Positions 1 through 14,060 of a DNA stretch of 64,000 bases are shown here, in pieces. The stretch's first letter is position 1. Each line of letters begins with the position of its first letter. The notes under the pieces were generated by a model that searched no databases, had not been told where the DNA came from, and saw only the letters and a list, made by a program, of their open reading frames with translations. The position numbers were made by a program, and so were the translations under genes. The stretch is taken from NCBI RefSeq assembly GCF_009914755.1, contig NC_060942.1, one strand, 5' to 3'. Origin of the DNA: the human T2T-CHM13v2.0 reference genome, Homo sapiens.

Positions 1-489
1 GCCAGGGGTCTGCAGTAAATAAATTCTGTCCACCTCACTTCTAGGACATAAAATCTGGGCAATGCCTTAATTAGATAGTGACTGGGGAACAGGAGGTGAC
101 AGTAATGGATTCACAGCAAAGGCAAGCATTTTGCTATATTTCCAATACAGTTGCTCTACACAAATTAATGCCAAACTCAAATCAGATAAATATTCATTTT
201 CTTTCTTTCTTTTTTTTTTTTTTTTTACTTATGCAAACATTTATTTTCAAGGAGCAAGGAGGTTTTTATCAAGACCACACAGAAATCACCAAAAAGAAAA
301 AATCACTTATTTTTCCAGGGAAATTTGAAAGCCTCCAGCCCCATTCTATAAATGTGTTGCATTAGTAATGACACCTTACTAGACTCCTCAGGGGAATAAT
401 AGATTATGCCAAAAAATAAAATGGTGTTTATTTTATCATTCAGTAACTACCCGGAAAAAGGAAAGAGTAAAAAGGAGGGAAGCAAAAAA

Positions 490-1235
490 TCAGTTTATTG
501 ACTGCCTTGTAGGCATCAGATATTTTCACGTTTAATATTTTATCAACTAGTTATGCCAGATATTATGATGATGATCACCACCACTTAAAATAAAAGGTGA
601 AAAGAGGGTCAAAGAAGATAATGAATTTGCTTATAGTCATGGGCAATAGTTCGTTTATTTAAATAAATATTTAATGAGTAGTTACTATGTACCAGCCGTT
701 ATTCTTAGTGTTAAACACACAACAGTGACTCACAAAGTTCTGTCTATGTTAAAATAAAAATCTAATAAAAGTAAAGATAAGTACAGATTGTAGTAAATGC
801 AGTATAACAAGTAAAGATGGTGTTGTTCATAACAGAGAGTGGGGAGTGGAGAAGTCTCTTAAGTTGGGTGGGCAGGCTAGGATGTTTTGAGGAGGAACTA
901 TTTGAGCAAAGATAAGGTTGTGTAGGAATAAATCATTTGGAAAGCTCTGGTAGTAGTGTTCCAAGATGAACAAAAATGCAAAGTCTGAGAGACAGGAGGT
1001 TCTTTGGTGTGTATGAGGAACAGAAAGGCTGATCTTATAGGAGTCAGTAAGTTCAGGGGACATTAGTTAAGGTAAGTTTGAATAAACAAGCTGTGTCCAG
1101 CTTTTGTGGGACCTTGTAGAAATACTAATAATTAGGTAGTTGGATTTTATTTTAAATGTATCATGAAGCCACTAATTTTTTTTGTTAGTTTATTTTTAGG
1201 TTAAAAATATTGCTTATGTTGAGTTTGGAAGGCAG
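490..1235 (-). mobile_element. MIR plus L2 (LINE-2) 3' relics
   Basis: TTCGTTTATTTAAATAAATATTTAATGAGTAGTTACTATGTACCAG at ~651 resembles the reverse-complement L2 3' end, followed by purine-rich L2-like sequence; boundaries approximate. Confidence 0.55.
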
Positions 1236-1978
1236 ATTGCAGAGTTTCTGTTTTGAGGAATGGCTGACAATGTGTTGTAGAATAATCCCCCTGCTGAGCA
1301 CACAAGAAAAGAAGGACAACTAGCTCTTCTTCCTGATCCTCTCCCTCTTCACTGAACTTAAAATAAAAGTTGGAAATTAAAAAATAATAATAAAATCATA
1401 ACAAAAAAAGATGGACAAGATATAAAAATCATCTGCTTGAATACATAACAGAGCTAGCAAAGCATGAGAAATTACAGGTCTTAAACCCTTTGGAGGAAGA
1501 AAACCCAGGTAAATAAGCCAGACATCTGGGGATAGCTTTTCTGCAAGAAGCATCTGCTAAACCAGAAGAAGCATTTGGGAGAGTGAGACGTTGAGTAGAC
1601 ATTTTAAAGTCTTCTGAGCTAAGAGAAGAAAGATTGCTCTTCAATGTCTGCCAAAGATGAGGAACTCTAATAAAATGTACAACTTTAGACAGAGATTCTG
1701 ATAGACTCAATATCTTAGTTGTAAGTGTGAACCAGAAAGAAATCAGCTGTGAAACCTACTAAAGCCCAGCTTCAAAAAGTCTCAGTCCCTAAAATTTGAT
1801 CAAAATGATCTGTGACTGCTAGTGCCCCAGACTGTCTACCAGAAGCAAAGGCAAACCTTCTCTAGATTAACATGACATTATCCTAGGCTTCAATTTTTTT
1901 GTAACAACTTTACATATACAGTCCCATACCAGAAAAAAAGGAGACAAGACAATGCGGTAAAAATATGAGAAATAATAG

Positions 1979-2350
<372 letters not shown>

Positions 2351-2874
2351 AAACACATACTTTAAAAGACACAGACTATTTGAGAACTTGGCAAAGAACT
2401 GAAAATCATAAAGAAACTAATGAAAATTCTAGAACTAAAAGGTACAATAACTTAGCTCTCAATAGGTTAAGGAGATGGCAGGCTTAACAACAGTTTACAC
2501 ACAGATAAACAGAATAAGTAAAGAGAAAGTTGGTTAAAATATCTAGAATGGGGGAGAAACAAAAGAATGGAAAATATACAAAACAAAGTAAGGAGTATAG
2601 GGGATATATTAATAGGGTATAAAATATAAGAATTTGAATTCCAGAAGAAAAAGTAATAGAGGAGACATAAGGAATATGTGAACAAATAACTTTCTAAAAC
2701 TGATGACATCAAGTTTAAGATTCACAAAACCCTGTAAACTCCAAGCAGCATCAAAACAAAGAAAATCACACTTATGAGAACACTCAAAAACATAAACACA
2801 AAACAAAATTACCTAAAGGAAAATAAAGAGAATGACAAATGATCTTCAAAATTGTAAGATTAGATTATATTTAT

Positions 2875-3140
2875 TCTCAGTCTTTCTCCCTGTGGAATGC
2901 CTTCAAGCTAGCTGTGTCCTTTCACAGGGAAAGCTGTGTTCTTCTCAAGGTAGCTATCTGGATAGAACTCAATCCTCTAAGGTTCCTGTGACCACTTCCT
3001 TTCTAGGGTAGTAACAACTCTGCAGTTACCAGCCCTGGTGGTACTGCAACTATATCCCTCATGGTGTCCTTACACCCTAGCAATATATTTTCATTTTATT
3101 AAACTCTCTCCATTTATTCTAATTTGAGCATATTATGAGG
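2875..3140 (+). mobile_element. ERVL-type LTR fragment (LTR33-like)
   Basis: CCTTACACCC...TTTATTAAACTCTCTCC...CTAATTTGAG resembles the LTR33-family 3' end; subfamily uncertain. Confidence 0.4.
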
Positions 3141-3685
3141 GACATTCTCCTTCCTTCCACAGCTTTTAGTTCTTTGTATCGTTTACAAATACTGCTGTTG
3201 CTTTTACATTTAAAAATATGGCTAGTAAATCATGTAATTTTTTTTGAATTGTAAACTCATGGAGATAAATCATAAATGAGAAAGGCAGAAAATAATAATG
3301 AAATTTGGATGTTCATGGTTAAGGCCAAATGTAGCATTAACTTGCAAGAAAAAAGTAAAATTAGACTGACAGCTGGTATCTCAAAAAAAAAAAAATGTGA
3401 AATCCAGAAGACAATGAAGATACTGTCAAAATGTTGAAAACAATAATGCTAACAATGCTTTGCTATCTAGTTTTAAAATATCCTACAAAAAACAATGAAA
3501 TAAAAACATTTAAGACAAAGAAAAAACAGAATATTTGTCATCAGAAGACTTGCACTAAAGTAAATATAAAAGAGTGTTTAGAGAAATAAACTGATACTTG
3601 ATAGAAGCTGGGAGAAAAACGGTATGTCTAAATGAATATTGGCAGTATTAAAATATAATAACAATGACACTGTGTTTCAATATAC

Positions 3686-6600
3686 AGTGAGAGATCCATT
3701 TCCAGAATAGTGGCATGAGAAACTCCATAGACTTGCTTTCCAGGGAAACAACCGTAATTCATGAAAATTATATTTTAAAAGCTCCATTCATAAAAGCCTC
3801 TGAAATTTATTCCAAAAACATACATCAATTTTCTACTAAATCTTGGTAAGAACAGTAGGAGTCTATGGCTCTTGAGCCACAGCCTACACCTCTCTCTATC
3901 CTCTGACATCTCAGTGTGACAGAACGTCCACTCTGGATGGGTGTGACCAAGAAAACAGAGTTCCCATGTCCCTCAGTCCCAAGCTATGGTATCTTTTGGG
4001 CAGAGGCAGTCGGCAAGCATTTCTCATCTGCCTTAGTTCTATGTTGCAGATTTGCTTTCTCTATCCAGTTCCAACTCATAGAGTGGTGGCTCTACCCCAA
4101 GAACCTCACTCAGGCCAAGAATGTTGTGACCCCAGTTACCCTGTCCTCATCCATGCTTCCTCCCCACCTTGCTCATAGGTCAGAGGTCCACATCTGGAGA
4201 GTTAAGATAAGACACCAGAGGCTACCTCCCCCACAAAGTGTCCTGATTATAAAGCAGAAGTGTCACTGCAAGAGAAGTGGGCCATTGTCCCTGCCTCCAG
4301 CTCCAGAGCAGGACTCAGACATTTTACCCAGGTGAAGCAACAGCATAAGAACAGAGAGCTCCTAAGCCCTCACCAAAGTAATGGTCTTTTTTAAAAAATA
4401 GGATGTCAAGATAGTCAAAACAGAGGGAGCTCTTAATTACAATAGAATTTGGGTGATAAGCCACTAAACCTCAATAAATGTAAAATGACTGAAATCAAAC
4501 AAAGATTGCCCTCAATGGAATAAAATTATAAATGAATAACAGAAATTTTGGAAATTCAAATATATGAAGAAATTAAACAGTGCACTTCTAAATAACCAGT
4601 AAGTGAAAGAAGAAATGAAAAGGAAAGTAGAAAATACTTGAGAAGTGAAAACGGAGACACACTGTACCAATAATTATGGGGTGCAGCTAAAGTAGTGCTT
4701 AGAGGAAAATGTGTCTGTAAATGTCAATATTCAAGAAGAAACATGTTACATCAATAATCCGGTTTTCTACCTTAAAACACTGGAATAAAAGCAAGCAGAA
4801 GGAAAGAAATAACAAAGATTAGAGTACAAGTTGATAAAAATATAAAATTGAAAAACAATAGAGAAAAATCAATGAAATTAAAAGTTGATTCTTTGAGAAG
4901 TCAACAGAATTGTCACACTATTAGGTGGTTATGAGCAAGAAAAAAAGAAAGAATACTTTAATAAAAACAAAAGTGAAAAATGGGACATTACAACCAAATT
5001 AACACAAATAAATAGATTATAAGGAATAAAATTAAAATCTGTATGCCAATGAATTAGATAACTTAGATAAAATAGATTAATTCCTGGGAAGACTCAAGGT
5101 ACAAAATTGACAATAAAAGAAGCAAAAAATCTGAATGGACCTATAGCAAGTATAGAAATTGAATTAGGAATTTAAAAACTACAAAGACCAGAATGAGATG
5201 GTTACACTGGTGAATCTGAATTCTACCAAATTAACAAAACAAAATGAAACTCTTCCAAAAAACTCTTCCAAAAAAATAGAAAAGGAAGAACACTTCAAAA
5301 CTTATACTGTGAGGCCAGTATTATCCTGATACCAAAACCAGATAACGATATCACACACAAAAAAATAAAACTATAGACCAATATCACATAGATGCAAAAT
5401 CCTCAACAAATTACTAGCAAACATATAATAACAATAGTCAAAGTGACCTTTGTTTTCTAAGACCAGAAACAAGGTAAGGATATCTCCTCTCAACACTTCT
5501 GTTCTATAGTGCACTACAGGCTCTAGCCAGGGCAACAGTCAAAAAAAGAAACAAAAAGGAACCCAAATTGGAAAGAAAGAAGTAAAACTATATTTACAGA
5601 TGACGTGATCTTGTATATAGAAAATTCCAAGGAATTCACTAAAAAAGCTTATCACTAATAAGTAAGTCCATCAGAGTTGCAGGACACAAGATGATATACA
5701 AATATCAAATGAAGTTTTATACACAATCAATGAAAAATCTGAAAATGACATTAAGAACAAAATTCTACTTTCAATGCCATCCCAAAGAATAAAATACCTA
5801 GAAATAAAATTATTTAAGGCAGTGCAAAAGTTAGACTCTAAAAAAGTACAAAGCATCGCTGAGATAAAGTAGATCTAAATAAATAAAAGATTTCTCTTGT
5901 TAATGGATGAGAAGACTTAATATTGTTCTGATATTGTTATAATACTGTTTTAAAATGGCAATACTCTTCAAAGTGATCTGCAGATTCAATGCAATCGTTA
6001 TCAAAATCAGAGCTGGCTTCTTTGCAGAAATTAGCAAGCTAATTCTGAAATTCATATGGAAATTTCAAAGACCGAGAATAGTTAAAACAATCTTGAAAAA
6101 AGATGAACAAAGTTGGAGGACTCACACTTCCCATTTACAAAACTTATAGCAAAGTTACAGTAATCAAGACTACATGGTACTAGTATAAGTACAGACATAT
6201 AGATCATTGACATAGAATCAAGAGTTTAGGAATAATCTCTCACATTTACATTAAATTGATTTTTAACAAGCCTGCCAAAAATTTCAATGGGAAAAGAATG
6301 GTCTTTGCAACAAGTGGTGCTGGGACAAGTGATTATGCAGAACAACAACAAAATGAAGTCAAAACCCCTCTTTACATCATGTATAAAAATCAACTCAAAA
6401 TTGATCATAGACCTAAATGTAACAGCTGAAACTATTAAACTCTTAGAAGACAATGTAGGCATAAATCTTCCTGACCTTTTGCAGAACAAAGCCTTCTTAG
6501 CTATAACAGCAAAATCATAAGTGACAAAAGAAAATGTAAGTAAATTGGGTTTAATAAAAATTAAAACCTTCAAAGGATATCATCAAGAATGAAAAAAGAA

Positions 6601-7590
6601 CACCCACAGAATGGTGAAAATATTTGCAAATTATATATCTGAAAATAATCTAGTATCCAAAATATATAAGAATTCTTATAACTCAACAACAAAAAGATAA
6701 ATAGCCCAACTGAAAAATGGCAAAAGAACCTATGTAGATATTTCCCCAATGAATATATATAAATGGCTAAAAAGCACATGAAAAAATATTCAACATAATT
6801 AGTCATTGAAGAAATGCAAATCAAAACCACAAAAAAAGATCACTTCATATCCACTAAGGTGGCTAGAATTAAAAAAACAAACAAACAACAACAACAAAAA
6901 ACAGAATACAGGGGTTGACAAGAACATTCAGAAACTGGAACCCTTGTATATTCCTTGTGGGAATGTAAAATGACTTGACTTCTGTGGAAAATAGTTGGGT
7001 AGGTCTTAAAGTTAAACATAGAATTATCATATATCCCGGCAATTCCACTCCTAGGCACGTACTCAAGAGAATTACATATATATGTCCACACAAAAACTTA
7101 TACACAAATGTTCACTGCAGCATATTCATAATAGCTGAAAACATGGAAACAAACTGAGGGTCATTCATGACCCATCAATGAATGATCAGATAAACAAAAT
7201 GTAATAAGTACATACTATGGTATTATTCAGTCAGAAAAAATGAATTAAGTCCTAATGCATGATATAGATTGAAAGAACCTTGAAAACTACGCTAAGTGAA
7301 AGAAACTTGTCACAAAAGACCACATATTGTCAACTCCTTTATGAGCAGTATCCAGAATAGGTAAAGCTACATAAGCTCAAAGTAGATTGATGGTTTTCTA
7401 GGGAGAAAGGTTTGGGGAAAAATGAGGAGTGACTGATAATGGCTATAGGGTTTCCTTTTTGGAGTGATAAATGTTCTAAAATTGATTACAGTGTTGGTTG
7501 CATAACTGTTAATATACTAAAAACTATTGAATTATATACCTTAAATGGGTGATTTTCGTGGTATGTGAATTTTATCTCTGTATAGCTATT
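3686..7590 (+). mobile_element. L1MB-like LINE-1 (L1MB7/8-like 3' end), internally deleted, nested in the older L1
   Basis: 5'UTR-like 3690-4400; ORF2 remnants (5955 MAILFKVICRFNAIVIKI; 6287 ...KINSKLIIDLNV); L1MB-type 3'UTR ending GGTATGTGAATTTTATCTCTGTATAGCT ~7588. Confidence 0.75.
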
Positions 7591-7639
7591 ATATAAATAT
7601 ATACACATATAAATATAATATATACATATAATACATATA

Positions 7640-9237
7640 TAGAAAGAAGGAAAAAGAGAGGGAGTGAGATAGAATATTGAATTACATTTTAAAATATACT
7701 AAATCAGGAAGTATATAAAGTTAGATGAAATGATCAAATGAAGATACAAATACCAATTAAATTATATTTTGATAATTCAAGGATGCATGTTTGAATCTTG
7801 AATGTAACCATTGAAAGGAAAATAGTATACAATTTCTAGGATAATGTACAGGGAAAATGAAATAATTAAAATAATCAAGTAACAATAAGACAGAAATCTT
7901 TTTAAAAAAACATAAGACTGATGGAAAGCAAAGAATAAAGTACATATATATAAGCAAATAAATCTGAAATTACATTAATGTAAGCGAACTAAATTCTCTA
8001 ATTATAAGACAGATTATCAGACTGAAAAGTCCCACTACATGATGCTTAAAAATGACAAAACTAAAATATGAAAATACTGGGAGGTGGAAAGTAAAACGAT
8101 GGAAAAATTACCGTGCAATTATTTGTCACAAGAAATCTGATGTATCTGTATTAATATGGGACAGAGCACAGAACAAAACTACAATACAAAATATCCTTTA
8201 CAGTGACAGTTTAATTCATCTATCACATACAGAAATTCTAAATTTGAATTTGTCTAATAATATGACCTCAAAATGTATGAAACAAATATGACAATACTAC
8301 AAGGAGAAATAGACAAATATTCACTCCTGATAGAGTTTTATATACCACTCTCAGTAAGTGATAAAAAGAAGCAGACAAAAACTAAAATTTCAAAAAAAAA
8401 TTGAAGCACATAATTAATAATCTTGATTTACCTGACATATGTAGATCACTACAACCAAATACTAGAGCATATATTTTATTCAAGTACTCATGAAACATAA
8501 AAATTGAACATCTGCTGAGATATAAAGTAAGTCTCAATTTCAAAATATTTAAATCATACATAGTATGTTCCAATCATATTGAAATTTAGCTCGAAATCAA
8601 TATCAAAAAGGTAAGTTAAAAAACCTATGAGCTTAGAAACCATATTTAGAAATTTCTAAATAACCCATGGAGCAGAGAAGAAATCACAGTAGAAGTTAGA
8701 AACTATTTTAATTTAATTATAACTGACATACACTATAGCAACATTTGTTGGATAAACCTAAAACTTTGCTGAGAGAAAAACATATAGACCTAAATACATA
8801 GATTAGACAAAATAAGTAAATAAACAGCTCAGTAGTCAATAGTAAGCATGCATTTCAAGAATTTAGAAGAATAAGTTAATTAAAACCAGAGAAATTAGAA
8901 GAAAGAATGTAATAACTTTAAGAATAGAATTAGTGGGAAAAATATGATGGGCTCCACAAAGCCATCAATGGATCCTTTGAAAAATAAAGTTGTTAAACTT
9001 ATTGTGATGAAATTCTAGAAAATAAAAGAAAGGTCACACACTCACCTCCTGCCCCCTCTCCCCCACCACATACAAACAACATCAGGAAGTTATGAGAGAA
9101 TTCTAGATATTTTTCAGAAAATAAAAAGATAATATTATGAACAATTTTATATTAATAATTTGAGAATTTAGGTAAAGGGGAAAAATCTTGGGAAAAAAAG
9201 GAACATAAGAAGACAGAAAAATATGAGTAATCTTAAG
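7640..9237 (+). mobile_element. Ancient L1M relic, right part (inter-ORF and ORF2 endonuclease region)
   Basis: TAATGTAAGCGAACTAAATTCTCTAATT ~7976 (LNVNGLN-like), CAAGGAGAAATAGACAAAT ~8300, TTCTAAATAACCCATGG ~8654. Confidence 0.65.
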
Positions 9238-9405
9238 TGTGGTAGACACAGAGATGTGCTGTTCAGATTTTGTTTCAAGGAAGGGCTTGTCTCGTCTGCT
9301 GAGTGTGCAATGAATGAGCACCCATCAGCTCTTAGTCACTTCAGATATTGCTTCAATTGCAGAAAGCCACCTTACAACTCTGGAGAGCCATATTCAGTGA
9401 CATAT
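9238..9405 (+). mobile_element. LTR16A/B-like ERVL LTR 5' fragment
   Basis: Begins TGTGGTAGACACAGAGATGTGCTGTTCAGAT...TTCAAGGAAGGGCTTG, matching the LTR16A start as I recall it. Confidence 0.55.
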
Positions 9406-9480
9406 TAAGTAGAGATTTTTTTTCTCCATTTTATTTCATTAAAAAATATTGAGGCAAAATTCACAAAACAGATTTGGCAA

Positions 9481-9740
9481 TTTTTTTTTTTTTTTTGAGA
9501 CATGTTCTTGCTCTGCCACCCAGACTAGAGTGCAATGGCATGGCTGTAGCTTACTGTAACCTATAACTCCTGGGCTCACATGATCCTCCTGCTTCAGCCT
9601 CCTGAGTAGCAAGGTGTACAGGTGCACCAATTTTTTTATAATGTTGATTTTTGTAGAAAAAAATGTTTTGCTATGTTGCCCAGGCTGGCCTAGAACTCCT
9701 GGTCTCAAGCCATCCTCCAACTTTGACCTCCCAAAGTGTC
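9481..9740 (-). mobile_element. AluJ, 5'-truncated
   Basis: poly-T then diverged Alu with AluJ diagnostics (TCCTGGGCTCA..TGATCCTCC, CTATGTTGCCCAGGCTGG); ends abruptly at CCCAAAGTGTC. Confidence 0.9.
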
Positions 9741-10545
9741 AAGGTTCATCCACATTGTAGCATGGATCATTATTTCATTACTTCTGAAGAATATTTCACT
9801 GTGTATATACTACAATTTGTTTATCATTTAATCTATTGATAGACATTTGGGCTGTTTTACTTTTTGGCTATTGTAAACAGTGCTGCTACGAACGTGTGTG
9901 TATTTAAGCAGGTATTTGTTTAAATGCTTGTTTTGAATTATTGTGTATATGCCTATGGGTGGAATTACTGGGTCATGTGGTATTTCTTTGTTTAAACTTT
10001 TTGTGAATTGCCAAACTGTGTTCCACAGAAGCTGGGCCATTTTACATTGCTACCAAAAATATACAATGGTTCCAATCCTGCACATCATTGCCAACACTCA
10101 TTTTCCAATTTTTTGATTCTAGCCGTTCTAGTGGGCATGAAATACTATTTCATTGTGGTTTTGATTCACATTTTCCTAATGACTGATGATGCTGAGTATC
10201 TTTTCCTGTGCTTCTTGGCTATTTGTATGTCTTTACTGGAGAAATGCCTATTCAAGCCCTTGCCCATTTTTTAAATTGGACTGTTTGTGATTTTTGTTGT
10301 TGAGTTGTAAGAGTCCTTTATATCTTCTGGATAGTAGACCCTTATCAGATACATAATTTGCAAATATTTTTCCCCATTTCTATAGCTTAACTTTCCCCTT
10401 TCTTGATGATGTCCTTTGAAGAATAAAACTTTTTAATTTTGATGAAGTCCAAATTACCTACTTTTGTTGTTGTTTGTGTTTGGGATTTTTGCATAATACC
10501 TAAGAATCCATTGCCAAATTCAAGGTCATGAAGATTTATACCTGC
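9741..10545 (-). mobile_element. L1MB-like ORF2 C-terminus/3'UTR fragment
   Basis: ORF 9828-10040(-) contains LWNTVWQFTKSLNKEIPHDPVIPPIGIY, homologous to the L1 ORF2 C-terminus. Confidence 0.85.
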
Positions 10546-10919
10546 CATGAATTAACCAGTCCTTGTTAAGTCCTGCTCTTAACAGGAGAGACATGATGAT
10601 GCTTCAGGTCTCTGGATATTAATATCGGCTGAGACCTTGTGTCCATTAATCTTTGAAATGCTTGGATAATCCCCTTTTCTCAGAGTACAGACACCTGAGA
10701 AAGTCAACATAGATCTGAGTATTGGGGTCCCTGAAGATTTTATTTTCAGAAAGTGAAAGAACTGACAAGCATCTAAAACCTGACAATAACAACGTATTCT
10801 CGAGGATGTGGGGAAATAGAATTTCATACCTTCTGGCGAGAGTGTAAATTAGTAAAATTACATTGTTCAGCAGTTTGGCAATGTTTAGTAAAACTATATT
10901 TCTTTTAAGAACTTTGTGA

Positions 10920-11415
10920 TTCAACCAAGAATTATTTGTATGCATGGGAATGAGATTGGGACACTGTTTATTTTTTCCATATGCGGTTGTGGCAATAGGA
11001 TATGTTTGAATACCTTGCTCTCCCTATTGAATTTTTATCTCCATTTTCAAAATTAATTGTGCATAGCTGGGTTTATTTCTGGACTCCCTATTCACTTCCA
11101 CTGATCTATTAGCCTACATTTATGGCAATACCACACCATAGCATTATAGTACATCTTGAAATCAGGTAATATGAACCCTCCAACTTTGTTCTTATCATAC
11201 AAGTTGTTTTATTCTTCTTGATCCTTTCATTTTCATGTACATTTTTAAATCAGCTTGTCTTTTTTTTTTTCAAGAGAGATTGCTGTGACTTTGAATTCTG
11301 TGGAATCTACACATCAATTTGAGGACAGCAGACAGCTTAACAATGTTGTGTCTTCCAAAGAACATAGTATCTATCTTCATTTATTCTGATCCTCTTTAAT
11401 TGCTTTCAGCAGTAT
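10920..11415 (-). mobile_element. L1M ORF2 fragment
   Basis: TTTATTTCTGGACTCCCTATTC...CTTGAAATCAGGTAATATGAACCCTCCAACTTTGTTC is antisense L1 ORF2 (GLTLPDFK region). Confidence 0.75.
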
Positions 11416-11419
11416 TTGT

Positions 11420-11586
11420 CATGGGTGAGGGTGAGATGCTGTTCTGTGCTATGTAGAATGTTTAGCAGCATATTTGACCACTAGATGCCCGTAGCACCTC
11501 CCCACCAAGTTGCCACAATCAAAGTGACTCCAGGCATTACAAAACATCTTCTGTGGGGCAAAATTACCCTTGATTAAGAACCCCTG
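11420..11586 (+). mobile_element. MER20 (hAT-Charlie) fragment
   Basis: GTAGAATGTTTAGCAGCAT...CCACTAGATGCCCGTAGCACC...GGGGCAAAATTACCCTTGATTAAGAACCCCTG. Confidence 0.85.
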
Positions 11587-13304
11587 AACTAGAGAAATAG
11601 AGAAAGTGTGGTATTAACAAAACGATAGCCATATTAATCAGTGGCAATGAAAATTATCAACTCTGTATGCAATAGCAAACAAAACAAGAACAATAACTAA
11701 AACAACCTTCTAAAGGCTGTGGAAAGTTTTAAAAAAAGAAAAAGGTCATAAAGATTTTAGAGAGAATAAACATTTGTTGCAGTGTCATTTCCCTGCTTTT
11801 GCTGTTTTTGCTGAAGTGCGGACTGCAGTTGAAGCACGACTCGAGGAAGGTGGAACCCCTGTGCAAAACTCAGCATTTTACTGTCTAGGTTACCAGAGGA
11901 TGGACTAAGGGCACTCATGGCCATTGCAAAAGTAAAGGGGAGTCTCAGGAAAGAGAGAAACTGAGGATGGCAACCCCAACTCCTATGGACTGAATTGTGT
12001 CTTCCCCAACCCCCAGTTGGTATGTTGAAGCCCTAACCCTCAAAGTTCAATAAATCACACGTGTATGTATGGTTCAAAGCAGTGTTTAGATAAAGGTGGA
12101 AAAATCAGAACTGGGATGAAGTTGCCACCCATCAAAGAAAAGCTTTCCGACTTTGAAAAGTTCCTCACTCCTGTGGCCCTGCCCATCCTTCAGCAGGCTT
12201 CTGCAATGTAATTGGCAAAGATGGCAGAGAGGCGGAAATTGGCTGTCCCATCACAGCCTTCAGCCCTGCAGAGATGCAGAGCTCCTAAGGCTCCTCAAGG
12301 TAGGAAGCTCTCTCTGCTCTCCTGCTCTGCCCTTTGTCTTAGGTGGGCTGTTGCCTTGCACTTAGTGGGCGGTTTCACATACCTCAGAGGGCTCACTGGG
12401 TGCTGACAATCTCTGTGGCTGGATCTCTTCAATATTCTCTCTCATGCCAAGCCCATACACTGTTAGTAAAACTTTGTAAATTTGGGATGATTTCTCCTTT
12501 TCCTTATTACCATTACCCCCAGGGAATAAAAGCAGCCATGGGATTGTCTTCTTGAAATTATTCATCCCACTATTTAGCTTTTTTATTGTTTAGCTTTCTA
12601 ATGGGTTAAAAAAAATGTTACAAAAGCTATTCTGCGTTGCTCTCAATCTTAGTTTGAGTGTGATCAGTTTAATAATTTTATATTTTCTAAAATAATAATT
12701 TTAAAGTTTATATTTTTCCTTAAAAAGGAATATTTCATGCTTCTTTCCTCTATAGGTACTAAAATTAAAGAGTATAGACATTTTATCTAGAAAACTTAGA
12801 TGATTTTCATATTCATTATAAATAATTTTTAAGATAAGCATTTTTTGGAGGAAAGATAAATGAAAACAATATATAGAACTACTTTTCTTCAACATGCTTA
12901 AATATATTTGGTAGAAATGAACTCATCATATATCATATTTTCAAGACTTTAATAGTTTTTAATCATTTGAATAGAGAATACATCATTACAAAGCTGCCCA
13001 AGGAATTATCATTAAATGAAGATGGTAAGGCAGGAAGGAGGAAAATTATTCTTCCTCATTAAATGGGAAAGAATTTGGTCAGTGTAACTTTCAAGAGGGC
13101 ATGACCCAGACAAGATTCTAGTACCACAGTCTTAGTTTTGCTTGCTTATTTTGAAGATATGTTCAGAAACCTAATGCTGAAATGTAAGGAAACTCCTAAA
13201 CACATAATCTAGGAAGGTGGTTGCAGTTAATGGTTAGGCTATTACTAGACCAACAAGTACAGGGTCCCAGCCCAGGATTTGACTTTTTAACATAGAGAAG
13301 GCAG

Positions 13305-13311
13305 GTGTGTG

Positions 13312-13354
<43 letters not shown>

Positions 13355-13440
13355 GCACACACCCACACACACACCCCTGTCTTCATATATATAATATATA
13401 TATTCCATACATATGATCTTGATATATATATTATATATAT
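13305..13440. repeat. Compound (GT)n/(AC)15/(AT)n microsatellite
   Basis: Perfect AC run 13315-13344 flanked by imperfect TA/CA repeats. Confidence 0.95.
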
Positions 13441-13679
13441 AAGTTCATACCTACTTTTGCTCACCATTGTATATCCAAGGCTTATCACATTGTATGTACA
13501 AGGTATAGAATCAGCTTTTCTTTGTAAAGAAATCTTTGTGATTTCTTTGAAATCACCCAGAATTGACACTGGCCTGAAGTTCTAATGTATTTCTACAGAT
13601 CTGAAGAATAAAAACTGAGACAAATAAGAAGTTGAAAATACTTAGAACAATAAAGGGGCCTTAGTTCAGTCTATGTGTG

Positions 13680-14060
13680 TATACACATTAAGGCCTATTG
13701 AGTTTATGTAATTTGCTCAGAGTAACACAGTAAATAATGGCAGAGCTGAAATGAGAGCCTTCTTAGATACATAATTCTATGTTCTTTATCCCATAACTAG
13801 ATAAGAACATCAGTTTTTGAAATTAGTCAGATCTGAATTCAAATTCTGCCTTTGCCACTTACTAGCTGGATAACTTTTAGCAAGTTACTGGTGATCCTCT
13901 AATCTCAGTTTTCTTATTTAGGAATTAGGGATAATAATAGAGTCTACTTCTTTGGATTAGTGTGAGAATTAAATAAGAAAATATTTAAAGATCCCAGTAT
14001 AGTGCCATCATTTAGCACCTAAAAATCATCATAGTAGTAGTCATTGATGTTAATATTGTT
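13680..14060. mobile_element. Two MIR relics, opposite orientation
   Basis: TAATTTGCTCAGAGTAACACAGTAAATAATGGCAGAGCTG (-) and TTCAAATTCTGCCTTTGCCACTTACTAGCTGG...TCTCAGTTTTCTT (+). Confidence 0.75.

Noticed and set aside
10593-10733. ATGATGA...CTGA C/D-box snoRNA-like motifs
   Set aside because: The nearest D box is only ~40 nt away and no terminal stem flanks any C/D pair
12150-12560. GC-richer stretch with several short overlapping ORFs
   Set aside because: No CpG island, splice structure or domain; probably a decayed L1 5' region
13196-13585. Overlapping ORFs with VCVC/HTHT runs
   Set aside because: Artefacts of the microsatellite
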